From positions 1 through 60,786 of the forward strand of contig USDD01000001.1 in NCBI GenBank assembly GCA_900553265.1: a DNA stretch of 60,786 bases, read 5' to 3'. The notes beneath the pieces are model-generated. The model saw nothing but the letters and a program-made list of their open reading frames with translations. It was not told where the DNA came from and did not search any database. The number at the start of each line of letters is the position of its first letter. Position 1 is the stretch's first letter. Source of the stretch: an uncultured Eubacteriales bacterium. GTDB lineage: Bacteria; Bacillota; Clostridia; Christensenellales; Aristaeellaceae. This document shows, one piece after another, positions 45,886-53,992 of the stretch. A program made the position numbers and the translations under genes.

Positions 45886-47340
45886 TTACTTCGCGAACAG
45901 CGCGATGAACACGCCGGCCGCAACCGCGGAACCGATGACGCCGGCCACGTTGGGGCCCATGGCGTGCATCAGCAGGAAGTTGCCGGGATCCTCCTCCTGG
46001 CCGACCTTCTGGGAGACGCGCGCCGCCATGGGAACGGCGGAAACGCCCGCGGAGCCGATCAGCGGATTGATCTTGCCGCCGGACAGCACGTTCATCAGCT
46101 TGGCCAGCAGAACGCCGCCCGCCGTGCCGAAGCCGAAGGCGACCACGCCGAGAACGACGATCGCGAGGGTGTCTCCGGTCAGGAAGGTCGAGCCCTGAGT
46201 GGTCGCGCCGACGGTCAGGCCGAGGAAGATGGTGACGATGTTGCACAGCTCGTTCTGGGCGGTCTTGTTCAGACGCTCCACCACGCCGGTGGCGCGCATC
46301 AGATTGCCCAGCATCAGCATGCCCACCAGCGAAGCCGCGTCGGGCAGCAGCAGCGAAACCACGATGGTGACGAGGATCGGGAAGATGATGGTCTCGGTCT
46401 TGGAGACCTGACGGAGCTGGCCCATGCGGATGGAGCGCTCCTTCTTGGTGGTCAGCGCCTTCATGATGGGCGGCTGAATGACCGGAACCAGCGCCATGTA
46501 GGAGTAGGCCGCCACGGCGATGGGGCCGAGGAGATGGGGAGCCAGCTTGGTGGTGACGAAGATGGCCGTCGGACCGTCCGCGCCGCCGATGATGCCGATG
46601 GCGCCCGCCTCGGCGGCGGAGAAGCCGAAGGCCTTCGCGCCGATGAAGGTCAGGAAGATGCCCAGCTGCGCGGCCGCGCCGAGGAGCAGGGACTTGGGGT
46701 TCGCGATCAGCGGAGCGAAGTCGGTCATCGCACCCACGCCCATGAAGATCAGCGGCGGGTAGATGCCCAGCTTGACGCCCTGATAGAGATAGTACAGCAG
46801 TCCGCCGTTGGCGGTCTGCAGGCTGTACTGCATGGAGCCGGCGACCTCGTTATAGCGCCAAACGATGTCGGACGCGTCCCTGCCCAGGCGCTCGGCGGCC
46901 ACGGCGGCCTCCTTGAGCGTGCCGTAGAAGGTGAAGGACGGATGGCTCATCAGTCCGGCGGCCGGCAGGTTGGCCAGCAGCATGCCGAAGGAGATGGGCA
47001 GCAGCAGCAGCGGCTCAAACTGCTTGACGATGGCCAGATACAGGAGCACGCACGCCACGGCGATCATGGCGTACTGCCGCCACTCGCCCTTGGCGAAGCC
47101 GGTGGACTGAGCGATGCTCTTCAGGCCCTCCAGCACGTTGATTTCGGGATCCGCGTCCTGCTCGCTCGCCTCCTGGACGGCGGCCGCGATCTCGTCGGGA
47201 TCGGTCACTTCCTGGGGCATGTAGGCCGACTGCGCCGCGGGCTCAGCCAGCGCGGCGAACGCGGTCAGCAGCGTCATCAGCACCAGCAGGCACGCAAGCG
47301 CGCGCGCGGGCCTGACCTTTTTGAACTTAAAGCTGTTCAT
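45886..47340 (-). CDS. oadB: sodium ion-translocating decarboxylase beta subunit
   Basis: [21 protein letters not shown] is the conserved beta-subunit motif. The protein is polytopic and has an extra ~75-aa N-terminal extension. Confidence 0.88.
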   Translation of the reverse strand: MNSFKFKKVRPARALACLLVLMTLLTAFAALAEPAAQSAYMPQEVTDPDEIAAAVQEASEQDADPEINVLEGLKSIAQSTGFAKGEWRQYAMIAVACVLLYLAIVKQFEPLLLLPISFGMLLANLPAAGLMSHPSFTFYGTLKEAAVAAERLGRDASDIVWRYNEVAGSMQYSLQTANGGLLYYLYQGVKLGIYPPLIFMGVGAMTDFAPLIANPKSLLLGAAAQLGIFLTFIGAKAFGFSAAEAGAIGIIGGADGPTAIFVTTKLAPHLLGPIAVAAYSYMALVPVIQPPIMKALTTKKERSIRMGQLRQVSKTETIIFPILVTIVVSLLLPDAASLVGMLMLGNLMRATGVVERLNKTAQNELCNIVTIFLGLTVGATTQGSTFLTGDTLAIVVLGVVAFGFGTAGGVLLAKLMNVLSGGKINPLIGSAGVSAVPMAARVSQKVGQEEDPGNFLLMHAMGPNVAGVIGSAVAAGVFIALFAK

Positions 47341-47360
47341 GATTCTTCAGCCCTCCGCGC

Positions 47361-47771
47361 TCACTTCAGCGTCACCAGCGTGTCGCCGGTGTTGACCGTC
47401 GCGCCCTTGTTGACGTTGACGCTGGCCACGGTGCCGTCGTGGGGAGCCATGATCTCGTTTTCCATCTTCATGGCCTCGAGGATGACGAGGATGTCGCCCT
47501 TCTTGACCTGCTGGCCGGCGGAGACGCGAACGTCGTTGATGTTGCCGGGCATGGGCGCGCTGATGACCTCGGCGCCGGCGGGAGCGGCGGCAGCGGCCTT
47601 GGGTGCCGGAGCGGGAGCGGCCTTGGGGGCCGGAGCGGCGGCGACGGGCGCGGGCGCAGCCACAGGAGCGGGAGCGGCGACGGGCGCGGCGGCAAAGCTG
47701 GGCGCTCCGCCGATTTCCTCGACCTCTACTTCATAAGCCTGACCATTGACGGTGATCGAAAACTTGCGCAT
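47361..47771 (-). CDS. biotin carboxyl carrier protein (biotin/lipoyl attachment domain) with an Ala/Pro linker
   Basis: EAMKMENEI biotinylation motif at the C-terminus and a (AAPAPV)n linker. Confidence 0.9.
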   Translation of the reverse strand: MRKFSITVNGQAYEVEVEEIGGAPSFAAAPVAAPAPVAAPAPVAAAPAPKAAPAPAPKAAAAAPAGAEVISAPMPGNINDVRVSAGQQVKKGDILVILEAMKMENEIMAPHDGTVASVNVNKGATVNTGDTLVTLK

Positions 47772-47810
47772 AAATCGAATCCTCCTATATTATCGGTTCC
47801 AGTCGGCATT

Positions 47811-48176
47811 TCAGAAGCGGCAGACCTGTTCCTCGCGGGCGGCGCGGTTCCATCCGGAAACGCGGCGAACCCTGCGCACCACGAGGGTCTTGCCGGAATT
47901 GTCAAACGCGGCGATGGCCGCGGCGATCACGGCGATCAGCTGGGCGTCGTCGACGATTTCGTCCTCGACGACCGGCGCGGCGACGGGCGCTTCAGGCGCG
48001 GTCGGCGCTTTCGCCGGCGTTTCTATTTTTTTTTTATCCTTCGCCTTAAAGAAGGCTGCCATTGCGGAAACGCAGAGGATCAGCAGGAACAGGCCGAAAA
48101 AGACGACCGCCATGCCGATGACCGCGACGATGCCGCCATAGCTGAGCGCGTTGAGAATTCTTTCCCCGATAGACAT
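47811..48176 (-). CDS. oadG: OadG-family small membrane subunit of Na+-decarboxylases
   Basis: Single N-terminal TM (GGIVAVIGMAVVFFGLFLLILCV), 121 aa, and the position between the carboxyltransferase and BCCP genes. Confidence 0.7.
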   Translation of the reverse strand: MSIGERILNALSYGGIVAVIGMAVVFFGLFLLILCVSAMAAFFKAKDKKKIETPAKAPTAPEAPVAAPVVEDEIVDDAQLIAVIAAAIAAFDNSGKTLVVRRVRRVSGWNRAAREEQVCRF

Positions 48177-48188
48177 TGCAGTTCCTCC

Positions 48189-49664
48189 TTACAGCGGCAT
48201 GTTGCCGTGCTTCTTGGCCGGCTTGGAATCGCGCTTGCCCGCGAGCATTTCTAGCGCGGCGGCGATCATCTGACGGGTCTGGGCAGGTTCGATCACGTCG
48301 TCCACATAGCCCAGTCTGGCGGCATTCACGCCGTCGGCCACGTCGTCCATGTACTTGTTTTCCAGCTCCTCGCGTTTGGCGTAGGGATCCTCGGCGCCCT
48401 TGAGCTCGTCGGCGCTGTTCAGCTGCACAGCGATCTTCGGGGTCACGGCGCTGATGACCGCGCCGGGCCAGGCGTAAACCACGTCGCTGGAGGCGCGGGA
48501 GGCCAGCGCGGCGTAGCCCATGCCCACGGCGTTGCCCGCGATGAGGGCCACGCGCACGGTGGTCGCCTCGGTCATGGCGAACATCAGCTGAGCCGCGGTG
48601 CGGGCCAGCTCGCCCTGAGGCGCGGTGGAAACCTTCATGCCCATGGTGTCCACGACGGTCACCACCGGGATGGAGAAGCAGTCGCAGAAGGAGACGAACC
48701 GCGCGGCCTTCTTGCAGCCGTAGACGGTCATGCGTCCCTCGTCCTTTTCGGCCTGATTGGCCACAAAGCCGACGGTGCTTCCGCCGATGCGACCCAGACC
48801 CACGACCATGGAGGGCGCGAAGTCCGCGTCCAGCTCCATAAAGTCGCCCGCGTCGCATACGGAGCGAATCAGATCGCGCGCGTCGCCGATCCTGTCCACA
48901 CCGTTGAGCTCCGCCAGCTCGCGGTTCACGTCGTCGGCGCTGTCGCCGATGGCCTCGTCCATGTTGTTCACCGGCAGCATGGACAGCAGCTTACGCGCCG
49001 CGGCAACGGCTTCCTCGTCGGTGCCGGCGGTAATCTGGGTCATGCCGGAGCGGGCCGAGGCCTGCGCGCCGGCCAGCGCTTCCATATCCATCTGCTTGCC
49101 CGCCGCCGCCGAGACCACCATCGGGCCGTTGACGAACAGCTGGCCGTTTTTGCTCATAATCGTCACGTCGGTCATTCCGGCCAGCGCGGAGGCGATGCCG
49201 CCGCAGGGGCCGAGCACCAGCGAAATCTGAGGCACCACGCCGGACAGCGCGCTGATGCGTCCAGCCATCTGAGCATAGGCGTTCATCGCGTCCACGCCCT
49301 CGTCCAGACGGGCGCCGGCGGTGTCAAAAATGCCAATCACGGGCGCGCCGGTCTTTTCGGCCAGCTCCATGACCTTCACAACCTTGCGGGCATGCGCCAC
49401 GCCCACAGAACCGCCCTTTACGGTGAAGTCCTGCGCATAGACGTAGACGGGACTGCCGTTAACCAGGCCGTAGCCGGTCACCACGCCCGCGTCGGCATTC
49501 AGCACGTCCAGCTCGACAAAGCTCGCCGCATCCAGAAGCTGCGCAATGCGCTCCCTTGCCAGCAGCTTGCCGGCCTTCTTCTGCTGTGCGCAGAGCTCCG
49601 GGTCGCCCTTCAGGATCGCCAGCTTGCGCTCGCGGATGACGGGCAGATTGCGTTCCACATTCAT
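48189..49664 (-). CDS. acyl-CoA carboxyltransferase (methylmalonyl-CoA decarboxylase alpha / propionyl-CoA carboxylase beta, 12S type)
   Basis: VYVYAQDFTVKGGSVGVAHARKV and PVIGIFDTAGARLDEG are carboxyl-transferase motifs. Confidence 0.9.
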   Translation of the reverse strand: MNVERNLPVIRERKLAILKGDPELCAQQKKAGKLLARERIAQLLDAASFVELDVLNADAGVVTGYGLVNGSPVYVYAQDFTVKGGSVGVAHARKVVKVMELAEKTGAPVIGIFDTAGARLDEGVDAMNAYAQMAGRISALSGVVPQISLVLGPCGGIASALAGMTDVTIMSKNGQLFVNGPMVVSAAAGKQMDMEALAGAQASARSGMTQITAGTDEEAVAAARKLLSMLPVNNMDEAIGDSADDVNRELAELNGVDRIGDARDLIRSVCDAGDFMELDADFAPSMVVGLGRIGGSTVGFVANQAEKDEGRMTVYGCKKAARFVSFCDCFSIPVVTVVDTMGMKVSTAPQGELARTAAQLMFAMTEATTVRVALIAGNAVGMGYAALASRASSDVVYAWPGAVISAVTPKIAVQLNSADELKGAEDPYAKREELENKYMDDVADGVNAARLGYVDDVIEPAQTRQMIAAALEMLAGKRDSKPAKKHGNMPL

Positions 49665-49824
49665 TCCTTTTCCCCTCCTGCTCTACTCGTAAAACAAAAA
49701 TCTCAATGAAACCCAGCTTCTCAAATTCGACAAAGCTTCCTTTTTTCCTGCCGCCGTACCCGTTAAGAATTTGATAAAAACCCACAGTCCAGAAATTGGA
49801 CGGATTTCGTCACAATGTTGTCGT

Positions 49825-49853
49825 TTGTGATTTTGTCTCTCTTCTGATATAAT
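49825..49853 (+). promoter_or_regulatory. sigma-A-type promoter
   Basis: TTGTGA 49825-49830, 17 bp spacer, TGaTATAAT (TATAAT 49848-49853). Confidence 0.45.
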
Positions 49854-49900
49854 GGAGGATGCAATGGGGTAATGGATCATTTTTTAAAGGGGACAGAACC

Positions 49901-51655
49901 ATGCAGGCAGTATTCGACAGCGCCGTCATGCCGCGCGAGCGGGTGTTCTTTGCGCGCCGCCGCGGGCGCGATTACATGATGCGCTCGGAAAAGCGCGACG
50001 GCTATCGCTACGGCGGCTCCTCCTCCAACGGAAAGAAGCCGAAGAAGCGCCGCCGCGCGGGTTTCTTCTATATATTCCTTACGCTTATTCTGTCGATCCT
50101 CTTCTGGCCGATCGGCATGATTCTCATGTGGCGGCGCAGGCTGCGCTGGAAGCTGACCACGAAGCTGCTGACCAGCATCGTGACGCTGGCGCTGTGCGTG
50201 CTGCTTTATGGCTTCGCGCTGACCTATCCGACGCAGGATCCGAAGCTGATGCGCATTCAGGATTCCGCCAACGACTTCCTCGACAACGCCTTCGTCAAGT
50301 CCGGCGACGCGTTCTCCGCCGTCTGCGACAAGGCGGGCGAGCTGGGCGAAACCGTCTCCGATCTGGGCGACGCGGCCGGCCGCTGGACGATGGTCAGACT
50401 GGCCGACGGCGTCGACGCCGCCGTGGAATGGACGAGCGGCGCGCGGCAGACCGTCTCCGGATGGTTCGACCGCAAGGACGCGCCGGTGGAGCCCGACGTC
50501 AGTCTCTCCCCCACCGAAGAAGCCGAAATCACCGCGGAGCCGACGGTTTCCGCCGCGCCCACGGCGACGATCCGCCCGACGGCCACGCCCGCCGCGACGG
50601 ACGGGCCCGCTCCCAGCGAGACCCCGGGCGCAACCAAAGCCCCCGCGGCAACGGTACAGGCGCTGACCTCCGCCGAGGCCACCGCGCGCGCCGTCGCGAC
50701 GGAAGCCCCCACGGACAAACCCACGCAGGCTCCGACCGGCGCGCCCACGGAAGCGCCCACCGGCGAACCGGCGCAGGCTTCGACGGCGGAACCCACCGAG
50801 AATCCCACCGCGAAACCGACGCCTGAACCCACCGAGAAACCCACGCCCGAGCCCACCGAGGCTCCGGTGCTGACCGAGGATCTGCTGCCCAAGCCCGCGG
50901 GCGAGGCCGTTGTCTACTACAACGCCAGCGGCGTGAACTATCACATGCGCTCCTCCTGCAAGAACATGAGCACCGCCAAGGCCGGCACGCTGGCCGACGC
51001 GGTGGAGCGCGGACTGCGCCGCTGCAAAAACTGTCAGTCCCCCGACGCGTCCATCCTCGACGCGGAGCACGTGGTCTGGACGGACGAAGCGATGGTCTTC
51101 CATCTGTCCGACGAGTGCGGGCGCTTCAGCGGCATGTGGTCGCTGAAAACGCTGGAGGACGCGCTGAGCGAGGGCTACGAGCCGTGCCCGGACTGCAACG
51201 CCGGTCTGTACATGACCGCGCTGGGACTGGCCGTGCCCACGCCGACTCCTCAGCCCACGCCCACCCCCGCGCCGACCACCGTCGTCCCCTCGACGACGCT
51301 CAAGCCCGCCGGCGAGGCGATGGTCTACCACTCCTCCAACGGCAGCTACTACCATCGCCACAGCGTGTGCCAGTCCATGACGGGTTCGGATCCCTACACG
51401 TTCCGCGAATGCGTGGAGGACGGCTACAAGTGGTGCAGGCGCTGCGGCGCGCCGGTGCCCGAGCTGCTGGACGAGCACTGCCTGTGGCTGGACGAGGCGA
51501 ACATCGCCCACACCTCGGACGAATGCGCCTCCTTCGACGGCGAATGGACGCTGATCTCCCGGGACGAAGCGCTGGCCGAAGGCTATGTGGGCTGCCCGGA
51601 CTGCGGCGCGGACGAGTATCTCGTGCCCAACTCCATCGTCGACTACGGCGAATAA
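49901..51655 (+). CDS. membrane-anchored protein with a Pro/Thr/Ala/Glu linker and four Cys/His (zinc-ribbon-like) modules
   Basis: Basic N-terminus, two to three TM segments (FFYIFLTLILSILFWPIGMILMW, LLTSIVTLALCVLLYGFAL), and a PT-rich linker at ~50478-50870. Four ~45-aa modules follow, each with (Y/F/A)H-x4-5-C ... C-x2-C. AAAGGGGA RBS. Confidence 0.75.
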   Translation: MQAVFDSAVMPRERVFFARRRGRDYMMRSEKRDGYRYGGSSSNGKKPKKRRRAGFFYIFLTLILSILFWPIGMILMWRRRLRWKLTTKLLTSIVTLALCVLLYGFALTYPTQDPKLMRIQDSANDFLDNAFVKSGDAFSAVCDKAGELGETVSDLGDAAGRWTMVRLADGVDAAVEWTSGARQTVSGWFDRKDAPVEPDVSLSPTEEAEITAEPTVSAAPTATIRPTATPAATDGPAPSETPGATKAPAATVQALTSAEATARAVATEAPTDKPTQAPTGAPTEAPTGEPAQASTAEPTENPTAKPTPEPTEKPTPEPTEAPVLTEDLLPKPAGEAVVYYNASGVNYHMRSSCKNMSTAKAGTLADAVERGLRRCKNCQSPDASILDAEHVVWTDEAMVFHLSDECGRFSGMWSLKTLEDALSEGYEPCPDCNAGLYMTALGLAVPTPTPQPTPTPAPTTVVPSTTLKPAGEAMVYHSSNGSYYHRHSVCQSMTGSDPYTFRECVEDGYKWCRRCGAPVPELLDEHCLWLDEANIAHTSDECASFDGEWTLISRDEALAEGYVGCPDCGADEYLVPNSIVDYGE

Positions 51656-51673
51656 TTCCAACGCTCCATGCCG

Positions 51674-51710
51674 AAGAACCCGCTTTTCGCAGCCAGAGAA
51701 GCGGGTTCTT
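51674..51710 (+). terminator. strong hairpin between the Cys-module gene and moxR (no U-tract)
   Basis: AAGAACCCGCTT (51674-51685) pairs with AAGCGGGTTCTT (51699-51710), a 12-bp stem. It is not followed by a T-run. Confidence 0.3.
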
Positions 51711-51790
51711 GCCGTAAAAGAGGCGGCATGGAACCTGAAAACCCGGAATTCGGTCTAAAAGAAGAATGTTTTTCCAAAGGAGATTTCACT

Positions 51791-52738
51791 ATGCAGGTTA
51801 CGCAACGCTTCGCCCAGCTGCTGACAAAAAACGTGGGCAAGGTCATCGTGGGCAAGGAAAAGGCCGTGGAGCTGATGATGATCGCCGTGCTGTGCCGCGG
51901 CCATGTGCTCATCGAGGACGTGCCCGGCGTGGGCAAGACCACGCTGGCCAGCGCGCTGGCCCGGTCGCTGGACTGCTCGTTCAAGCGCATTCAGTTCACG
52001 CCCGACATCACCCCCAGCGACATCACCGGCTTCTCCATCGCCAATTTCAAAACCGGCGAGCTGGAGTATCGCCCGGGCATGATTATGAGCCAGATCGTGC
52101 TGGCCGACGAGATCAACCGCACCTCGCCCAAGACCCAGTCCTCGCTGCTGGAGGTCATGGAGGAGGGGCAGGTCTCCGTGGACGGCAAGACCTACGCGGT
52201 GCCCAGGCCGTTTATCGTGCTGGCCACCCAGAACCCCGTGGACTTCGTGGGCACCTATCCCCTGCCCGAGGCCCAGCTGGATCGATTCTTCATGCGCATC
52301 TCCATCGGCTATCCCACCGCCGAGGAGGAGGCCGACATTCTGGAGCGCTACACCTCCGGCAAGCGCCCCATGGAGGAACTCAAGCCCATCTGCACCAGCT
52401 CGGACATTCTGCTGCTTCAGCAGGAGGTGGAAAAGGTCTATTCCTCCCGGGAGGTGCGCGCCTACATCTCCGCCATCGCCGCAGCCTCGCGCCGCACCAA
52501 CGCGCTGCAGCTGGGCGTGTCCACCCGCGCGGCCATCTCGCTGCTGCGCGCGTCTCAGGCCAGCGCGCTGCTGGACGGCCGGGACTTCGTGTCTCCCGAG
52601 GACGTGCAGCGCATGGCCGAGCCGGTGCTGGCCCATCGGCTGGTGCTCAGCCCCGAGGCGCGGATGCGCAACATGACGGCGGAGCGGATTCTGGCCAACT
52701 TGATGGGCGGCGTTCAGGTGCCGGTGAAGGTCAAATGA
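51791..52738 (+). CDS. MoxR family AAA+ ATPase
   Basis: HVLIEDVPGVGKTTLA Walker A, LADEINR Walker B, and VLATQNP. AAAGGAGA RBS precedes ATG 51791. Confidence 0.92.
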   Translation: MQVTQRFAQLLTKNVGKVIVGKEKAVELMMIAVLCRGHVLIEDVPGVGKTTLASALARSLDCSFKRIQFTPDITPSDITGFSIANFKTGELEYRPGMIMSQIVLADEINRTSPKTQSSLLEVMEEGQVSVDGKTYAVPRPFIVLATQNPVDFVGTYPLPEAQLDRFFMRISIGYPTAEEEADILERYTSGKRPMEELKPICTSSDILLLQQEVEKVYSSREVRAYISAIAAASRRTNALQLGVSTRAAISLLRASQASALLDGRDFVSPEDVQRMAEPVLAHRLVLSPEARMRNMTAERILANLMGGVQVPVKVK

Positions 52739-53910
52739 ACGGACGGCTGACGGGCGTGCTGGCGGCCGCGGCGGCGCTGCTGGCCGCGGGTCTGAGCACC
52801 GGCGCGCAGATCTACTATCTGCTGGCGGCGGCGCTGCTGGTCATCGTGCTGCTGGGCCTTGCGGCGGTGGTGTGGACGATTCTGACCGTGCGCGTGACGC
52901 TGCGCGGAGTGAAGCCCCGGGTCACGCGGGGCGACAGCCTGATGACGGTGTTCACCGTGCGCCACGCGTCGCTTCTGCCCGTGGCGGAGATTCGCGTCTC
53001 CATGGGCAGCTTTTCGCCCGGCGCGGCGGCTCAGGAGATCAGCGTGCGCACGCCGCCGCTGACCGAGCGCACCTTTCGCCACACCATCGCCTGCCCCCAT
53101 CGCGGCGTGTTCGAGGCGGGCGTGACCCGCGTCTCGGCCCGGGATCTGTTCGGGCTGGTTCGCCTTTCCCGAAATCCGGGCATGAAAAAGGTCTCTGTGG
53201 AGGTGATGCCCCGGCTGAACGCCGCCGAACCCATGGAGCTGCGCGCGTCGGACATGGGGCCGGAGTTCCGCGCCACCGCGTCCGAGGACACGGCCTCGCC
53301 GTCGGACGTGCGCGCATGGCAGGACGGCGACAGTCTCAAGAAGGTGCACTGGAAGCTGTCCATGCGCCGCCGGGAGATCATGGTGCGCACTTATGAGGAG
53401 AGCGCCCGGCCCGACACGCTGATTATCCCCGATCTGTCCGAGATCACCGCGCTGAAGGATCAGCAGCTCAGCGCCGAGGATCGCATCTGCGAATGCTGCC
53501 TCGCCGCGGCCAACGCCCAGCTGAGCGCGGGCTATCCCGTCCGGATGCCGCTGCTGAGCGCGCGTCCGTCGGAGATTACGGGGCAGTTCCCCGCCGACTC
53601 CGCCGCCTTTGCCGACGCGCTGATGCGCGTAGCCTTCGACAGCCCCTACGCCTATGAAAAGGTGCTGATGCTCATGCTGGCGCGCATGCAGCGCACCGGC
53701 GGCGCAGTGCTGGTCACGGCGCGGCTGACGGCGAAGTGCGCCGATCTGGCGCTGCGCATGCAGCGCTCGGGCATCCGAACCAAATTCGTCTGGGTCACGG
53801 ACGATCCTCGGGAGGAATCGCTGGCGCTGCTGGAGCGGCTGAAGATGGAAAACGTGCTGGTGGAATGCGTGGATCCGTGGAAGGACGAGCGCGCGAAGGC
53901 GGCGTTCTGA
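52735..53910 (+). CDS. DUF58 domain protein
   Basis: VRAWQDGDSLKKVHWKLSMRRREIMVRTYEE is the DUF58 signature, with two N-terminal TM segments. ATG 52735 overlaps the moxR TGA (ATGA). Confidence 0.88.
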   Translation: MNGRLTGVLAAAAALLAAGLSTGAQIYYLLAAALLVIVLLGLAAVVWTILTVRVTLRGVKPRVTRGDSLMTVFTVRHASLLPVAEIRVSMGSFSPGAAAQEISVRTPPLTERTFRHTIACPHRGVFEAGVTRVSARDLFGLVRLSRNPGMKKVSVEVMPRLNAAEPMELRASDMGPEFRATASEDTASPSDVRAWQDGDSLKKVHWKLSMRRREIMVRTYEESARPDTLIIPDLSEITALKDQQLSAEDRICECCLAAANAQLSAGYPVRMPLLSARPSEITGQFPADSAAFADALMRVAFDSPYAYEKVLMLMLARMQRTGGAVLVTARLTAKCADLALRMQRSGIRTKFVWVTDDPREESLALLERLKMENVLVECVDPWKDERAKAAF

Positions 53911-53992
53911 TGGATCCGCGGAGATGCGGGCGCGCCCTTTGCAAAACGCGCCGCGCTCTCAGCATTCGTTTCGTTATTTATAGAGGAGAACC

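Noticed and set aside
50478-50870. Repetitive DNA (ACCGAG.., CCCAC.. motifs) that might be a tandem-repeat array; the same applies to 55620-55935 and the BCCP linker at ~47560-47700
   Set aside because: These are coding low-complexity Pro/Thr/Ala/Glu linkers inside well-supported ORFs, not independent repeat elements.
51766-52734. 714-aa ORF 51766-53910 that appears to fuse sequence upstream of DUF58
   Set aside because: Its first 323 codons are an alternative frame across the moxR gene, giving R/G/H-rich nonsense. The DUF58 gene starts at ATG 52735, overlapping the moxR stop.
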